From assembly GCA_964360925.1 (NCBI GenBank), contig CAYHYP010000001.1, positions 1 to 38,631 on the forward strand: DNA of 38,631 nt, read 5' to 3'. The notes under the pieces were generated by a model. The model did not search any database and was not told the origin of the DNA. It saw only the letters and a list, made by a program, of their open reading frames with translations. Position numbers and translations under genes: made by a program. The DNA comes from an uncultured Gammaproteobacteria bacterium. GTDB taxonomy: Bacteria; Patescibacteriota; Microgenomatia; JAMCZE01. The stretch's first letter is position 1. Each line of letters begins with the position of its first letter. This document shows positions 1 through 9,104 of the stretch, piece by piece.

Positions 1-1256
1 ACGCTTTTACTATTTTAATAGTAGGAGTTTGGCTTTCCAAAATGGTTTTGGCTAAGAAATTTATTTATAAACACACTTTTTTGGAAATCCCCTTACTTTT
101 ATATTTAGGCTCGCATATTTTATCCACGGCCTTTAGTATAGACCCGCACATTAGTATTTGGGGATATTATTCCCGCTTTCATGAAGGTTTGCTCGCGTCA
201 TTATCATATATTATTTTATATTTTGCCGCCGTTTCAAATTTAAATAAAGAGGATGTTAAAAAAATATTTTTGGCTTCTTTTGCTTCGGCCACAATTATTT
301 CCATATGGGGGGCTTTGGAACATTTTGGGCATTCCCCTTCATGTTATTTGGTCACCGGAAAATTTGGAGTGGATTGTTGGGTTCAGGACGTCAAAACCCG
401 GGTTTTTGCCACTCTTGGCCAACCAAATTGGATGGCAGCATACCTGTGCGTACAAATCCTAATTCTTATTGGATTTGTGCGCAAATTTAAAATTTTAAAT
501 TTTAAATTTAAAATAGATTCTATCACTCACTCCGTTCGTTCCAGAATGACGTTTTTATTCTTAATTATTTTATTTATTTCCGCTCTAATTTTTACCAAAT
601 CCCGTTCGGGATATGCGGGACTTGCCGCGGGGTTGGGAGTGCTTACTCTTTTGCTTTTAAAAATCAGCAACAAAATTAAATTATTTTTAGTTATTGCGGG
701 TTTAATTTTAGTTTCAGTTTTTGGTTGGAATTGGTACCAAAATCTCCCGGCCCCGGGTCCCGGAGTAACAAATTCCGAAGCCATCAGAAAACCTGTCTGG
801 GAAGGGGCCGTAAAAATTTGGCAGAGATATCCGGTTTTTGGCAGCGGGGTGGAAACTTTTGCTTATTCATTTTATCTGGACCGTCCGGCTTCTAAAAATT
901 TGGATTCCGAATGGGATTTTCTTTACAACAAAGCCCATAATGAGTATCTAAATTTACTTGCAACGACGGGAACGGTGGGAATAATTACCTATCTAATTGT
1001 CATTGGAACATTTATTTCGTGGGCACTCCGTCATTCGTCATCCTGGAGGGAGCCAGAGCGACCGATAGGATCTATTAAGAGAAAGATTCTATCGCCCTTC
1101 GGGCTCCAGAATGACGTAAGTATTTCGCTCCAGCATGACGCTTTATTTGCCGCATGGGTTTCAATTTTAGTCACCAATTTTTTTGGTTTTTCCATTGTCA
1201 TCATTGGGTTATATTTCTTTTTAATCCCTGCATTCTGTGAAATACTTTCTGATTAG
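1..1256 (+). CDS. O-antigen ligase / Wzy_C-family polytopic membrane protein (5' end probably outside window)
   Basis: Frame is open from the window edge to the ATG at 42. Many hydrophobic helices. Wzy_C-like motif NKAHNEYLNLLATTG. Carries an in-frame hairpin-repeat insert at 1030-1140. Confidence 0.7.
   Translation, partial: AFTILIVGVWLSKMVLAKKFIYKHTFLEIPLLLYLGSHILSTAFSIDPHISIWGYYSRFHEGLLASLSYIILYFAAVSNLNKEDVKKIFLASFASATIISIWGALEHFGHSPSCYLVTGKFGVDCWVQDVKTRVFATLGQPNWMAAYLCVQILILIGFVRKFKILNFKFKIDSITHSVRSRMTFLFLIILFISALIFTKSRSGYAGLAAGLGVLTLLLLKISNKIKLFLVIAGLILVSVFGWNWYQNLPAPGPGVTNSEAIRKPVWEGAVKIWQRYPVFGSGVETFAYSFYLDRPASKNLDSEWDFLYNKAHNEYLNLLATTGTVGIITYLIVIGTFISWALRHSSSWREPERPIGSIKRKILSPFGLQNDVSISLQHDALFAAWVSILVTNFFGFSIVIIGLYFFLIPAFCEILSD
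1030..1140. repeat. GTCAT-hairpin repeat cluster (fwd + rev + partial units), in frame in ORF 1-1256
   Basis: gtcatcctggag..gataggatc / gattctatcgcccttcgggctccagaatgac / ctccagcatgac. Translated SSWREPERPIGS..ILSPFGLQND..LQHD. Confidence 0.85.
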
Positions 1257-1827
1257 TTTAATATTTTTAACCGGGCTTTTTCTGGAATGGAATTTATATT
1301 TGCGTTGGCAAGCGGATATTTCCTATAACACCGGCAAAACTTTGAATGCCGATCAAAAAATGCTGGATGCATATCCATATTTAAATAGTGCCGTTGACGC
1401 TGTTCCGGACGAACCGACTTTTTTAAACGAACTTGCCTACAATCAAGCCGTTTTGGCGTCAGCCATTTTTGCTCAAACAAAAGAAGCTACTACTGTCGCC
1501 CAATTAACCCAACTCGCGATTGAAAATTCCAACAAAGCCGTCTCCATTTCTCCCAACTCTTTGCCTTTTTGGAAAGACCGTTTAAAAATATTTTTCCAAC
1601 TCTCCTCCATTGACGAAAAATATAATTCGGAAGTATTAACGGCCATAAACAAGGGTGAGACCCTTGCACCTACTGATGCTAAGGTACATTATCTTAAGGC
1701 ATGGATTTTGGAGCGGGCGGGAAAAACCGAGGAAGCCGTAAAAATATTACAGGAAACTTTAGTTTTAAAACCTGATTATTATGACGCAAAAATTCTTTTG
1801 GAAAAAATAGAAAAAACACAAAAATGA
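1237..1827 (+). CDS. TPR-like repeat protein with N-terminal transmembrane helix
   Basis: 196-aa ORF overlapping the previous stop by 20 nt. N-terminal hydrophobic helix. C-terminal TPR-like segment AKVHYLKAWILERAGKTEEAVKILQETLVLKPDYYDAKILL. Confidence 0.55.
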   Translation: MKYFLISLIFLTGLFLEWNLYLRWQADISYNTGKTLNADQKMLDAYPYLNSAVDAVPDEPTFLNELAYNQAVLASAIFAQTKEATTVAQLTQLAIENSNKAVSISPNSLPFWKDRLKIFFQLSSIDEKYNSEVLTAINKGETLAPTDAKVHYLKAWILERAGKTEEAVKILQETLVLKPDYYDAKILLEKIEKTQK

Positions 1828-2693
1828 TTAAAAAAATTTTAAAAATATTTCGCCTTCCGGAACAAACAATTGCCATTGTTCCGTTTTTATTTGGAGCTTT
1901 AGACAGCCATTTTTATAATTTACAAACTTTACTGATTTTGGGTATTGGTCTGATTTTACTTTCCGTTTCTTTTTTTGTCATCAACGAATATGTAGATTCT
2001 TTTGACACCGATAGGTCTAATATCCGCAAAGAAAATACTTTCAATTTTTTGGCAAATAGAAAATTGATTTTTGGACTTTTTACAATTTTAACAATTGCCG
2101 GAAGTGCCATTTTTATTTATTACAAACTTTATCTTCCCCTTCTTCTTATATTATTTTTTGGAAATTTTTATTCTGTTCCTCCTTTGCGTTTTAAATCACG
2201 TTTTCCCTGGGATATGATCGCCCCGATGATTGCCTGGGGAGTTCCCTATTCTTTGGCCTATTCACTGCAAGGGCTTCCATACGCTTCTATGCTAAACGTT
2301 GGCGCCATTTCTTTTGCTCTTTTTGGAATTCCAATGCAGGGCATTCATTATCTGGCCGACGGCGAGGCGGATAAAAAGGCCGGGGTTTCTAATTTTTGTA
2401 CCGTCATGGGCTACCGCAATTTTTTACGGCTTATTGACAAAATTGCCATTGGTGCACTTTTGGGCTTTGTATACCTGGTTTACCGGAATGAACAATGGTG
2501 GTATTACCCGGTTATTTTGGCCGGAATTTATGAACTTTTAATTATTGGTTACGCCAGGGCAGCCATTTATTTTCCCAATTTTTCAAAACTGCATTCCATC
2601 GCCAATCGGTCGTATGCCAAAGGAATAAAAGTTTTTCTTCTTATAGTTATCTTTCAAATATGGGTAATTCTAAAAATTTCAGGGAAAATTTAG
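1824..2693 (+). CDS. UbiA-family prenyltransferase
   Basis: ATGA start/stop overlap with the upstream ORF. Polytopic. Asp-rich motifs NEYVDSFDTD (NxxxDxxxD) and YLADGEADKKAG. Confidence 0.75.
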   Translation: MIKKILKIFRLPEQTIAIVPFLFGALDSHFYNLQTLLILGIGLILLSVSFFVINEYVDSFDTDRSNIRKENTFNFLANRKLIFGLFTILTIAGSAIFIYYKLYLPLLLILFFGNFYSVPPLRFKSRFPWDMIAPMIAWGVPYSLAYSLQGLPYASMLNVGAISFALFGIPMQGIHYLADGEADKKAGVSNFCTVMGYRNFLRLIDKIAIGALLGFVYLVYRNEQWWYYPVILAGIYELLIIGYARAAIYFPNFSKLHSIANRSYAKGIKVFLLIVIFQIWVILKISGKI

Positions 2694-3274
2694 CCTTTGT
2701 AATATCGCGTGTATTAGGCCCCTTACCTCTTATCTGCCTTCTTTGGCTCGTGGTGGCTGTTAAAAGCGGCATTGGTTTTTATAAAGCGATTTGGGTTTAT
2801 CCTGTAATTTTTATTTTTACTATTGCCTTCCCGGTTTTAGTAACTACTTATCTGATTGCCACAAAAAGGGTTTCCGGAATAGAATGGAAAAATATTAATG
2901 AAAGAAAAAAATATCTCCCGCCGATTATGGTTTTCTCACTACTCATATTGAATTTTTTAACATACCTTTTAACTGATCAGACCACTTTTCATTTAGGACT
3001 TTTTCTTTCCGGAGTGATGATAATAACCGTTCTGTTTTGGATTTTTAATAAAAAAATCAGCGCCCATATGGTCGTGTCAGTGGTAGTTTTTTCTGCAATA
3101 AATTTATATTTTCATCTACAATTTCTGTGGGTTTTTCTTTTGATTATTCCGATTTTTTGGGCCAGATTAACTTTAAATATTCATTCCAAAAAACAGCTCC
3201 TCGCCGGAATTTTTATACCTTTAATTTATATTTTTCTGGGGCTTCTTCTTTTTGGCTGGCCGAGAGTCCCATAG
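2660..3274 (+). CDS. polytopic membrane protein, possibly a degenerate PAP2-like lipid phosphatase
   Basis: 204-aa ORF with about 6 hydrophobic helices. Weak PAP2-like remnants (ISAHM; ARLTLNIHSKKQ). The call rests mainly on adjacency to the UbiA gene. Confidence 0.4.
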   Translation: MGNSKNFRENLAFVISRVLGPLPLICLLWLVVAVKSGIGFYKAIWVYPVIFIFTIAFPVLVTTYLIATKRVSGIEWKNINERKKYLPPIMVFSLLILNFLTYLLTDQTTFHLGLFLSGVMIITVLFWIFNKKISAHMVVSVVVFSAINLYFHLQFLWVFLLIIPIFWARLTLNIHSKKQLLAGIFIPLIYIFLGLLLFGWPRVP

Positions 3275-3291
3275 CGTGTTACACTATTAAT

Positions 3292-4509
3292 ATGTTAAGA
3301 AAATTTGTATTTATTATTTCTATAATGAAAAAAATATTTTTGAAATCATTTTTATTTGCCGTCTTTATCATTATCTCTGGTGTATATTTTGCATCTCAAA
3401 TATCAGCAGCCGAATACCCCCTTTCATCGCTTGATGGAAAAGTAAAAACAGTATTTGACAGTAAATTTGGAGGGGGTATCACCAAAATCTATGATTTTGA
3501 CAACTTGGGTAATCAAAATCTTGTTTTGGATTCTCAAGCAGGAGCCATGTTTCAGAATGCTTTTTGGCTTGATCCCAAACATCTTAATCCTCCGTGGCCA
3601 GCGGGGTGTGCCGGTAATAATGACCAGTTGTGGAGCAATCCTACACAAGCGGGGTATATTTTTGATGGTTTGGCGGGAAACCCAATTGGAGTTTTTGGAA
3701 TTACCAATACTGCAGATCCGAAAGAATTTATCCGTTTAGAAGAGAACGGCAACAAGATTCACTTTAAATCACGATTTATTCGCTATGATTTTTGTTCTGG
3801 GCAAGCAACCACTGATTCACAAAAAGACTGGGATACTAATTTTTATGTTGAACAATGGGCAAGTTTTAGCCCTCAATTTTCACACACCCTTGTTTTAAAA
3901 ACAAAAATTTCATATGAGGGTGACTATTCCCAATGGGAGAACAGCGATACCGATACGGTGCACAACGGCCATCCAGTAACTAAACAGTGGCCTATTATCT
4001 TTGGTTTGAACTTGACACGAATTGCTTACATAAAAAATGGGGTTAAAACATTTGAATCAACTACCGATCACCATTTCGATCCTGATGGGAATTGGGCAGC
4101 CCTCCTTTCAAGTACAAAAGATACGGGTATCGGAATGATACTTGATGGTAAAGTTGTTCCCCGGCAGGGTGGAAAATTCGGAGGCGGTATAGGTTCAGGA
4201 AATCAGCCGGGTCATGGGGTTGTAAATTGGGGGTTTCTTTATCCCGGTCCCTGGCTTGATCTTAAACAATTTGGTACGTTGGTAAATGTTACTCCTGACG
4301 GTTGGGGAGGATACGCATATAAACCCGAGGGATATTTTGAGTGGACTGCTTATTACCCAATCGGAAGCCTAAGCATGATTGAACAAGTAGCTAATACCAT
4401 AGCTGCATCTCCCCTCCCCGGCGTGACTATTTCCAATTTGCGTTCCCTTTTTCAAAACTTTACAAATATTTTTGATTATAATAATTTGGTGGGGAATTTT
4501 GGGAAATAA
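3292..4509 (+). CDS. secreted protein of unknown function with conserved 26-aa C-terminal tail
   Basis: The track ORF starts at 3127 but overlaps the previous gene. Likely starts are ATG 3292 or 3325 (MKKIFLKSFLFAVFIIISGVYFASQISAAE signal peptide). Ends in ISNLRSLFQNFTNIFDYNNLVGNFGK. Confidence 0.7.
   Translation: MLRKFVFIISIMKKIFLKSFLFAVFIIISGVYFASQISAAEYPLSSLDGKVKTVFDSKFGGGITKIYDFDNLGNQNLVLDSQAGAMFQNAFWLDPKHLNPPWPAGCAGNNDQLWSNPTQAGYIFDGLAGNPIGVFGITNTADPKEFIRLEENGNKIHFKSRFIRYDFCSGQATTDSQKDWDTNFYVEQWASFSPQFSHTLVLKTKISYEGDYSQWENSDTDTVHNGHPVTKQWPIIFGLNLTRIAYIKNGVKTFESTTDHHFDPDGNWAALLSSTKDTGIGMILDGKVVPRQGGKFGGGIGSGNQPGHGVVNWGFLYPGPWLDLKQFGTLVNVTPDGWGGYAYKPEGYFEWTAYYPIGSLSMIEQVANTIAASPLPGVTISNLRSLFQNFTNIFDYNNLVGNFGK
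4429..4509 (+). other. conserved C-terminal tail motif (half-dockerin-like), copy 1
   Basis: ISNLRSLFQNFTNIFDYNNLVGNFGK*. Paralogous tails at 6331-6411 and 10122-10202, remnant at 7705-7758. Confidence 0.7.
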
Positions 4510-4510
4510 A

Positions 4511-5023
4511 ATGAAACAAATTAAAAGAGAAATTGTTTATGCCTTTATTGACAGTCAGAATTTGAATTTGGGAATTCAGGATCTTGGATGGCGGCTTGAT
4601 TTTAAAAAATTCAGAATATATTTAAAAGATAAATTTCGGGTTTCGAAGGCAATTATTTTTATCGGATATCTTAAGAATAATGAAGAGCTTTACAAAATGC
4701 TTCGTAATTTTGGGTACGAATTGGTTTTTAAACCAACTGTTAAGGATAAGTTTGGCAAAGTGAAAGGGAACGTTGATGCGGAAGTGGTTTTACACTCGGC
4801 AAATATTGAATATAACAATTATGACAAAGGAGTTTTTGTTTCCGGCGACGGTGACTTTTTTTGTCTGTACGAATTCTTATTGAAGAAAAACAAACTCGGA
4901 AGAATTTTAATTCCAAATAGAAATTCAGAATCGTCGTTACTTATAAAATTTCAGGATTATAAAATATTCTTGTTTAGAGATCGGGAGAAATTGGAGTTTA
5001 AAAATAAAAAGCGGGAGGCGTAG
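4511..5023 (+). CDS. NYN / LabA-like (PIN-fold) domain protein
   Basis: Start moved to ATG 4511 (MKQIKREIVYAFIDSQN), just after the previous stop. Pattern FIDxxN ... VSGDGDF is typical of NYN/LabA domains. Confidence 0.7.
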   Translation: MKQIKREIVYAFIDSQNLNLGIQDLGWRLDFKKFRIYLKDKFRVSKAIIFIGYLKNNEELYKMLRNFGYELVFKPTVKDKFGKVKGNVDAEVVLHSANIEYNNYDKGVFVSGDGDFFCLYEFLLKKNKLGRILIPNRNSESSLLIKFQDYKIFLFRDREKLEFKNKKREA

Positions 5024-5133
5024 CTATATGACACGTAGTCATATGGTCGTATTCTCCCTCGTGATTAGCTCTATTATATAGTACTTGGCAAGTAAGTCAA
5101 GAGGATATGTGCCGGATGTAACTTAACAAAATA

Positions 5134-6411
5134 ATGAAAAAAATATTATTATTTATTTTATTTTTTATTCTTATATCCCCACAACCAGTTTTGGCCTCGG
5201 TTGTTACCAATCGCACCGACGGCATCGCTCTTTTTAACAGCCAGCCATTTTTCCCCGTGGGGTTGTTTTATTGGTTTCCCAATGATAATCCCGCAGTTCC
5301 CACCGACCACTCCGGACAAATGCAAACTTTAAAAGACACTGGTTTTAATACGGTTTTTTTGGGAGGCAACAGAACTGATATATCTTATTTGGACCAGGCG
5401 CAGAATTTAGGATTAAAAGTGGTTAATTATAATGGTATATATAATAGTGATGCCAACTATATAAAAGCGATTGCTAATCACCCTTCTCTTCTTGCCTGGT
5501 ATGGAATTGACGAACCAAACTCAATTAATCTTTGCAACTGGAACCCAACAACAAAAACCTGCTCTTTTAACGATGCAAATCCAACCGTGAGTAATTTAAC
5601 AAATAAATATAACAGTCTTTGGTCAAACAATATTAACAACCATCCCATTTGGACAATTTATTCCATGGGGGAAACTAACGAACAGATTAAAGCCTGGCAC
5701 GAGTTGAGTAAATCATCTATTGGAGGAATTGATATCTATCCCGCAGTTTCGCAATTTACAAATTTCTGCGTTAAGAAAAATATTTCCTGTGTTGGAGAAA
5801 TGACTGACAAAGTGGTTGCTGCTCTTGGCAGCAATAAACCTGTTTGGATGGGGCTGCAGGGATTTACGACTTCACCTGAAGGCTATGGAGGAATCCCGCC
5901 TACATTAACTCAAACCCGTTTTATGGCTTATGATTCAATAGTCCACGGAGCAACGGGAATTTTTTGGTGGGATTATGATTTAAAAACTACTGATGATCTT
6001 TGGCGCAGTTTAAAACTTATGGTCACGGAATTGACAGATTCAAATATTAATCCTGCTTTGTTAGGAATCAATCGAACAATAACACAAAGCGGTCCGGTGA
6101 AAATATTATCAACTGCTGATGTCTCAGGGAAATATAAATATAAAATTGCCGTCAACGAAACAACACAACCCGCGGGAAACTATTCTATTTCCGGTTTTGC
6201 CCCCAATGCGGATGTTTTTGTTTTGGTGGAGAACCGCTGGCTCAAAGCTGATAACACAGGAGCTATCAATGACCGATTTGAGGACTGGTCCGTTCATCTC
6301 TACCGTCAGGAAATAATAAATATTGTGGACATTTCCGCCCTGCGTTCTCTCTTGCAAAACTTTACCACTATCTTTGACTATAATATTTTAGTGGGGAATT
6401 ACGGACGGTAA
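5134..6411 (+). CDS. secreted protein, possibly a TIM-barrel glycoside-hydrolase-like enzyme, with conserved C-terminal tail
   Basis: Signal peptide MKKILLFILFFILISPQPVLA. LLAWYGIDEPN resembles GH clan-A NEP-type motifs (weak). Ends in ISALRSLLQNFTTIFDYNILVGNYGR. Confidence 0.7.
   Translation: MKKILLFILFFILISPQPVLASVVTNRTDGIALFNSQPFFPVGLFYWFPNDNPAVPTDHSGQMQTLKDTGFNTVFLGGNRTDISYLDQAQNLGLKVVNYNGIYNSDANYIKAIANHPSLLAWYGIDEPNSINLCNWNPTTKTCSFNDANPTVSNLTNKYNSLWSNNINNHPIWTIYSMGETNEQIKAWHELSKSSIGGIDIYPAVSQFTNFCVKKNISCVGEMTDKVVAALGSNKPVWMGLQGFTTSPEGYGGIPPTLTQTRFMAYDSIVHGATGIFWWDYDLKTTDDLWRSLKLMVTELTDSNINPALLGINRTITQSGPVKILSTADVSGKYKYKIAVNETTQPAGNYSISGFAPNADVFVLVENRWLKADNTGAINDRFEDWSVHLYRQEIINIVDISALRSLLQNFTTIFDYNILVGNYGR
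6331..6411 (+). other. conserved C-terminal tail motif, copy 2
   Basis: ISALRSLLQNFTTIFDYNILVGNYGR*. Confidence 0.7.
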
Positions 6412-6448
6412 ACTTGACAAAATGCGGTTTCAGTTATAACATAATATT

Positions 6449-7027
6449 ATGCAAAGACTGAATTTGTTTAAGGTTCAACAAATACTTGGGAAGACCATAT
6501 TTACCCATCAGGATTTGGTGGCCGGTTTTGGAGTAAATAAGAGGGCGGTTGAGGCCTTTTTATCTTACAATTATCGAATGGGCAAGATTCAAAGGGTTCG
6601 TCGCGGTTTGTATTTTTTTACCGGTGAAACTATAGATACGTTTTCACTTGCCAACGTGATTTATGCCCCATCATACATTTCTTTAGAAACGGCGCTATCT
6701 TTTTATGGACTGATTCCGGAAGTTGTGTATAGCGTGACTTCAATTACGACAAGAACAACAAGGGAATTTGGTTTTAATGACATAAATTACAGTTACCAAT
6801 CAATAAAAACGGAGGCTTTTACCGGATATGTACCGATAGATAGAGATGGTATAAAAATTCTTATGGCTACCCCCGAAAAAGCCCTCGCGGATTATTATTA
6901 TTTTGTATCTTTAGGAAAGAAAACGGCAAATGATAGAATTAATATTGACAAAATAGATAAAAAAATTCTTAAAAATTATTTATCTTTATATGATCGACAA
7001 AAATTACTTGCAAACTATTGCCATTAA
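6449..7027 (+). CDS. AbiEi-family antitoxin / transcriptional regulator (type IV TA)
   Basis: Paralogous to 28068-28670 and 31888-32496 (shared PSYISLETALSFYGLIPE-type motif). Overlaps the downstream AbiEii-like gene. Confidence 0.7.
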   Translation: MQRLNLFKVQQILGKTIFTHQDLVAGFGVNKRAVEAFLSYNYRMGKIQRVRRGLYFFTGETIDTFSLANVIYAPSYISLETALSFYGLIPEVVYSVTSITTRTTREFGFNDINYSYQSIKTEAFTGYVPIDRDGIKILMATPEKALADYYYFVSLGKKTANDRINIDKIDKKILKNYLSLYDRQKLLANYCH

Positions 7028-7700
7028 AAACCAAACGACTTTTGATAATATTGCCAGAGAGTATCTTCAGCAATTATTTTTATCAATCTTCTATCAATTG
7101 CCGGGGAGCGAGAAATTTTTATTTAAAGGCGGGACCGCCTTACGCCTTATTTTTCGATCCCCGCGGTTTTCCGAAGACATCGATTTTTCGGTGACAGGCG
7201 AGATTTCGACATTTGAAAATATTCTCATAGATGTTCTTGAAGAACTTAAAAAAAATGACATCGATTGCCAATTAATAACCGCAGAAAAAACTACCGGCGG
7301 GTATATTGCAAAAATCTCGGCAAAGTTATACGACCAAAAATTTACCATATTATTTAATCTTTCTGAAAGAAGGAAAAAAACAGATAAAGGGGAGAGGAAC
7401 ACCATTACCGGGGATTATTTTCCGGCGTTCCCGGTTTCAATTTTAGAAAAAAAGAGTCTGATAAACGAAAAAATTGAAGCGCTTTTAATCCGTTCCAAGC
7501 CGCGTGACTTTTTCGACCTCTATTTTATTTTAAGATCAAATCTCTTATCAACCGCCGGGAAGGGAATTTTAAAAAAAGTTATCCCGGTCTTACAAAAAAC
7601 TAAACTTGATTTTAACCGGGAACTAAAAGTCTTTTTACCGAAATCCTACTGGCCCGTCATCAAAGATCTTAAAAGATTGTTGATGAATGAGATTGAATGA
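6990..7700 (+). CDS. AbiEii/AbiGii-family nucleotidyltransferase toxin
   Basis: FKGGTALRLIFRSPRFSEDIDFS nucleotidyltransferase motif. Gene order and overlap with AbiEi. Confidence 0.75.
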   Translation: MIDKNYLQTIAIKNQTTFDNIAREYLQQLFLSIFYQLPGSEKFLFKGGTALRLIFRSPRFSEDIDFSVTGEISTFENILIDVLEELKKNDIDCQLITAEKTTGGYIAKISAKLYDQKFTILFNLSERRKKTDKGERNTITGDYFPAFPVSILEKKSLINEKIEALLIRSKPRDFFDLYFILRSNLLSTAGKGILKKVIPVLQKTKLDFNRELKVFLPKSYWPVIKDLKRLLMNEIE

Positions 7701-7704
7701 AAAA

Positions 7705-7758
7705 AATAATAATATTTTTGATTATAATATCTTAGTGGGGAATTATGGGAAACTTTAA
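7705..7758 (+). pseudogene. orphan 3'-end remnant of a tail-motif gene
   Basis: Reads NNNIFDYNILVGNYGKL* in the 60-nt gap between the AbiEii gene and the ATPase gene. Near-identical at DNA level to the 3' ends of 3292-4509 and 5134-6411. Confidence 0.5.
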
Positions 7759-7760
7759 GT

Positions 7761-9044
7761 CTATGCTAACAACCATTCAATTACCGGTTTGGCGGGGGAA
7801 TTGCCGTCGAGACCAATCTCTTTATCAAGATACAAAACAACCCCTTTGGAATCAAGATGTTTTTTGACAAGCTCTAAATTGCCAAACTCCCGTTTTGAAT
7901 TATTTTCATTTAAGGACAGGCACACTTGAAAGGCCAAATAGTGGTCATCTTTATTTATTAAAAAATCGACTTCATAACCGTTTTCTTCCTGCCCAAAATA
8001 AATATTCTCCCGACCATATCTTCTTACTAATTCATTGTAAACCAAATTTTCCAGCCTTTTTTCCTTATTTTCTTCCCGTCCCGGAATAAAAATATTGTCG
8101 ACCAAATAGTATTTAGCCGTCCGGTTAAAAACCCTGCTTAATTTGTAATCAAATTTGGTAAGTTTCTCCAAAGCATAGGCACTTGTCCAGTAACGCAGGT
8201 AATTTTCAATGGTAGTGGGGGCCACCGATAAACCCTGTTCTTCAAGCCGTCCCACAATCCGGCGCAGGGAAAGGGTCGAAGTGATATTCCCGCGCACGAA
8301 CGAAAAAGTTTCCTTGAGCAGATTTACATTATCAATGTTATATCTTTTAATAATGTCATCAAGAATGATTTTTTGGACAAGACCCTCGCTATAATTTGCC
8401 GCCAGGGAATCTTTAAGGTTAAATTGTTCACAAAGGCCGCCGCGTTGAAGGTAAATTGCAAAAGCTGAATCAATGGCACTTTTTTGGGAGTAATAATCAT
8501 TGTGATCCAATTTTAAATATTGCAGATATTCAGTGAAACTAAACGGTTTTACTTCAAGGTTGAGGCTTCGTCCGGAAAGGCTGGAACTTAATTCTCCGGA
8601 CAAAAGTTGGCTATTGGAACCGCTGATGAAAATATTGTATTTTCCCTGTTCATAGAGAGTGCGAACCAGCTTTTCCCAGTTTTTCACCATCTGGATTTCA
8701 TCCCAAAAAATATAGATTGGCTTGTTGACGTTCGCCAATTCTCTTAAATAAATTTCCCAAATATGGCGCAGATCGCTTACGGTTTTAATATTTTGCAACA
8801 AATCATTTTCGAAATTGAGATAAAAAATATTTTCCACGGCAAGCCCTTTTTCAATTAGGGATTTAGAGAGCATTTTAAGAAGAAATGACTTGCCGGAACG
8901 GCGAAATCCCACAACCGCCTTAATGAGCCGACTTTTACTGCCTTGGGAAAGCCAAGAAAAGTAATCATTTCTGGAGACCGGCACGGTTGTGCCAAGATCA
9001 CGAGATTCAGCTATGGCCTGTCTTAATTCTTGTACGGAAATCAT
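7761..9044 (-). CDS. AAA-family ATPase (AAA_14 + DUF4143-like architecture)
   Basis: Walker A GFRRSGKS, Walker B IYIFWDEIQ, 427 aa. Confidence 0.75.
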   Translation of the reverse strand: MISVQELRQAIAESRDLGTTVPVSRNDYFSWLSQGSKSRLIKAVVGFRRSGKSFLLKMLSKSLIEKGLAVENIFYLNFENDLLQNIKTVSDLRHIWEIYLRELANVNKPIYIFWDEIQMVKNWEKLVRTLYEQGKYNIFISGSNSQLLSGELSSSLSGRSLNLEVKPFSFTEYLQYLKLDHNDYYSQKSAIDSAFAIYLQRGGLCEQFNLKDSLAANYSEGLVQKIILDDIIKRYNIDNVNLLKETFSFVRGNITSTLSLRRIVGRLEEQGLSVAPTTIENYLRYWTSAYALEKLTKFDYKLSRVFNRTAKYYLVDNIFIPGREENKEKRLENLVYNELVRRYGRENIYFGQEENGYEVDFLINKDDHYLAFQVCLSLNENNSKREFGNLELVKKHLDSKGVVLYLDKEIGLDGNSPAKPVIEWLLA

Positions 9045-9104
9045 AACTTGATGTTATCATCTTTGTACGACACTGTCAAGCATTTATTTGCTATACTTAA
9101 TCAG

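Noticed and set aside
3127-3291. N-terminal 55 codons of the 3127-4509 ORF.
   Set aside because: They overlap the 3' end of the membrane-protein gene 2660-3274 in another frame. A classical signal peptide begins at 3292/3325.
7650-7700. The AbiEii C-terminus IKDLKRLLMNEIE looks like the DLRSLLQNFT tail motif, suggesting fusion with the remnant at 7705-7758.
   Set aside because: The spacing to the NIFDYN part is 4 residues too long and the frame differs. The similarity is short and Leu/charge-rich, so it is probably chance.
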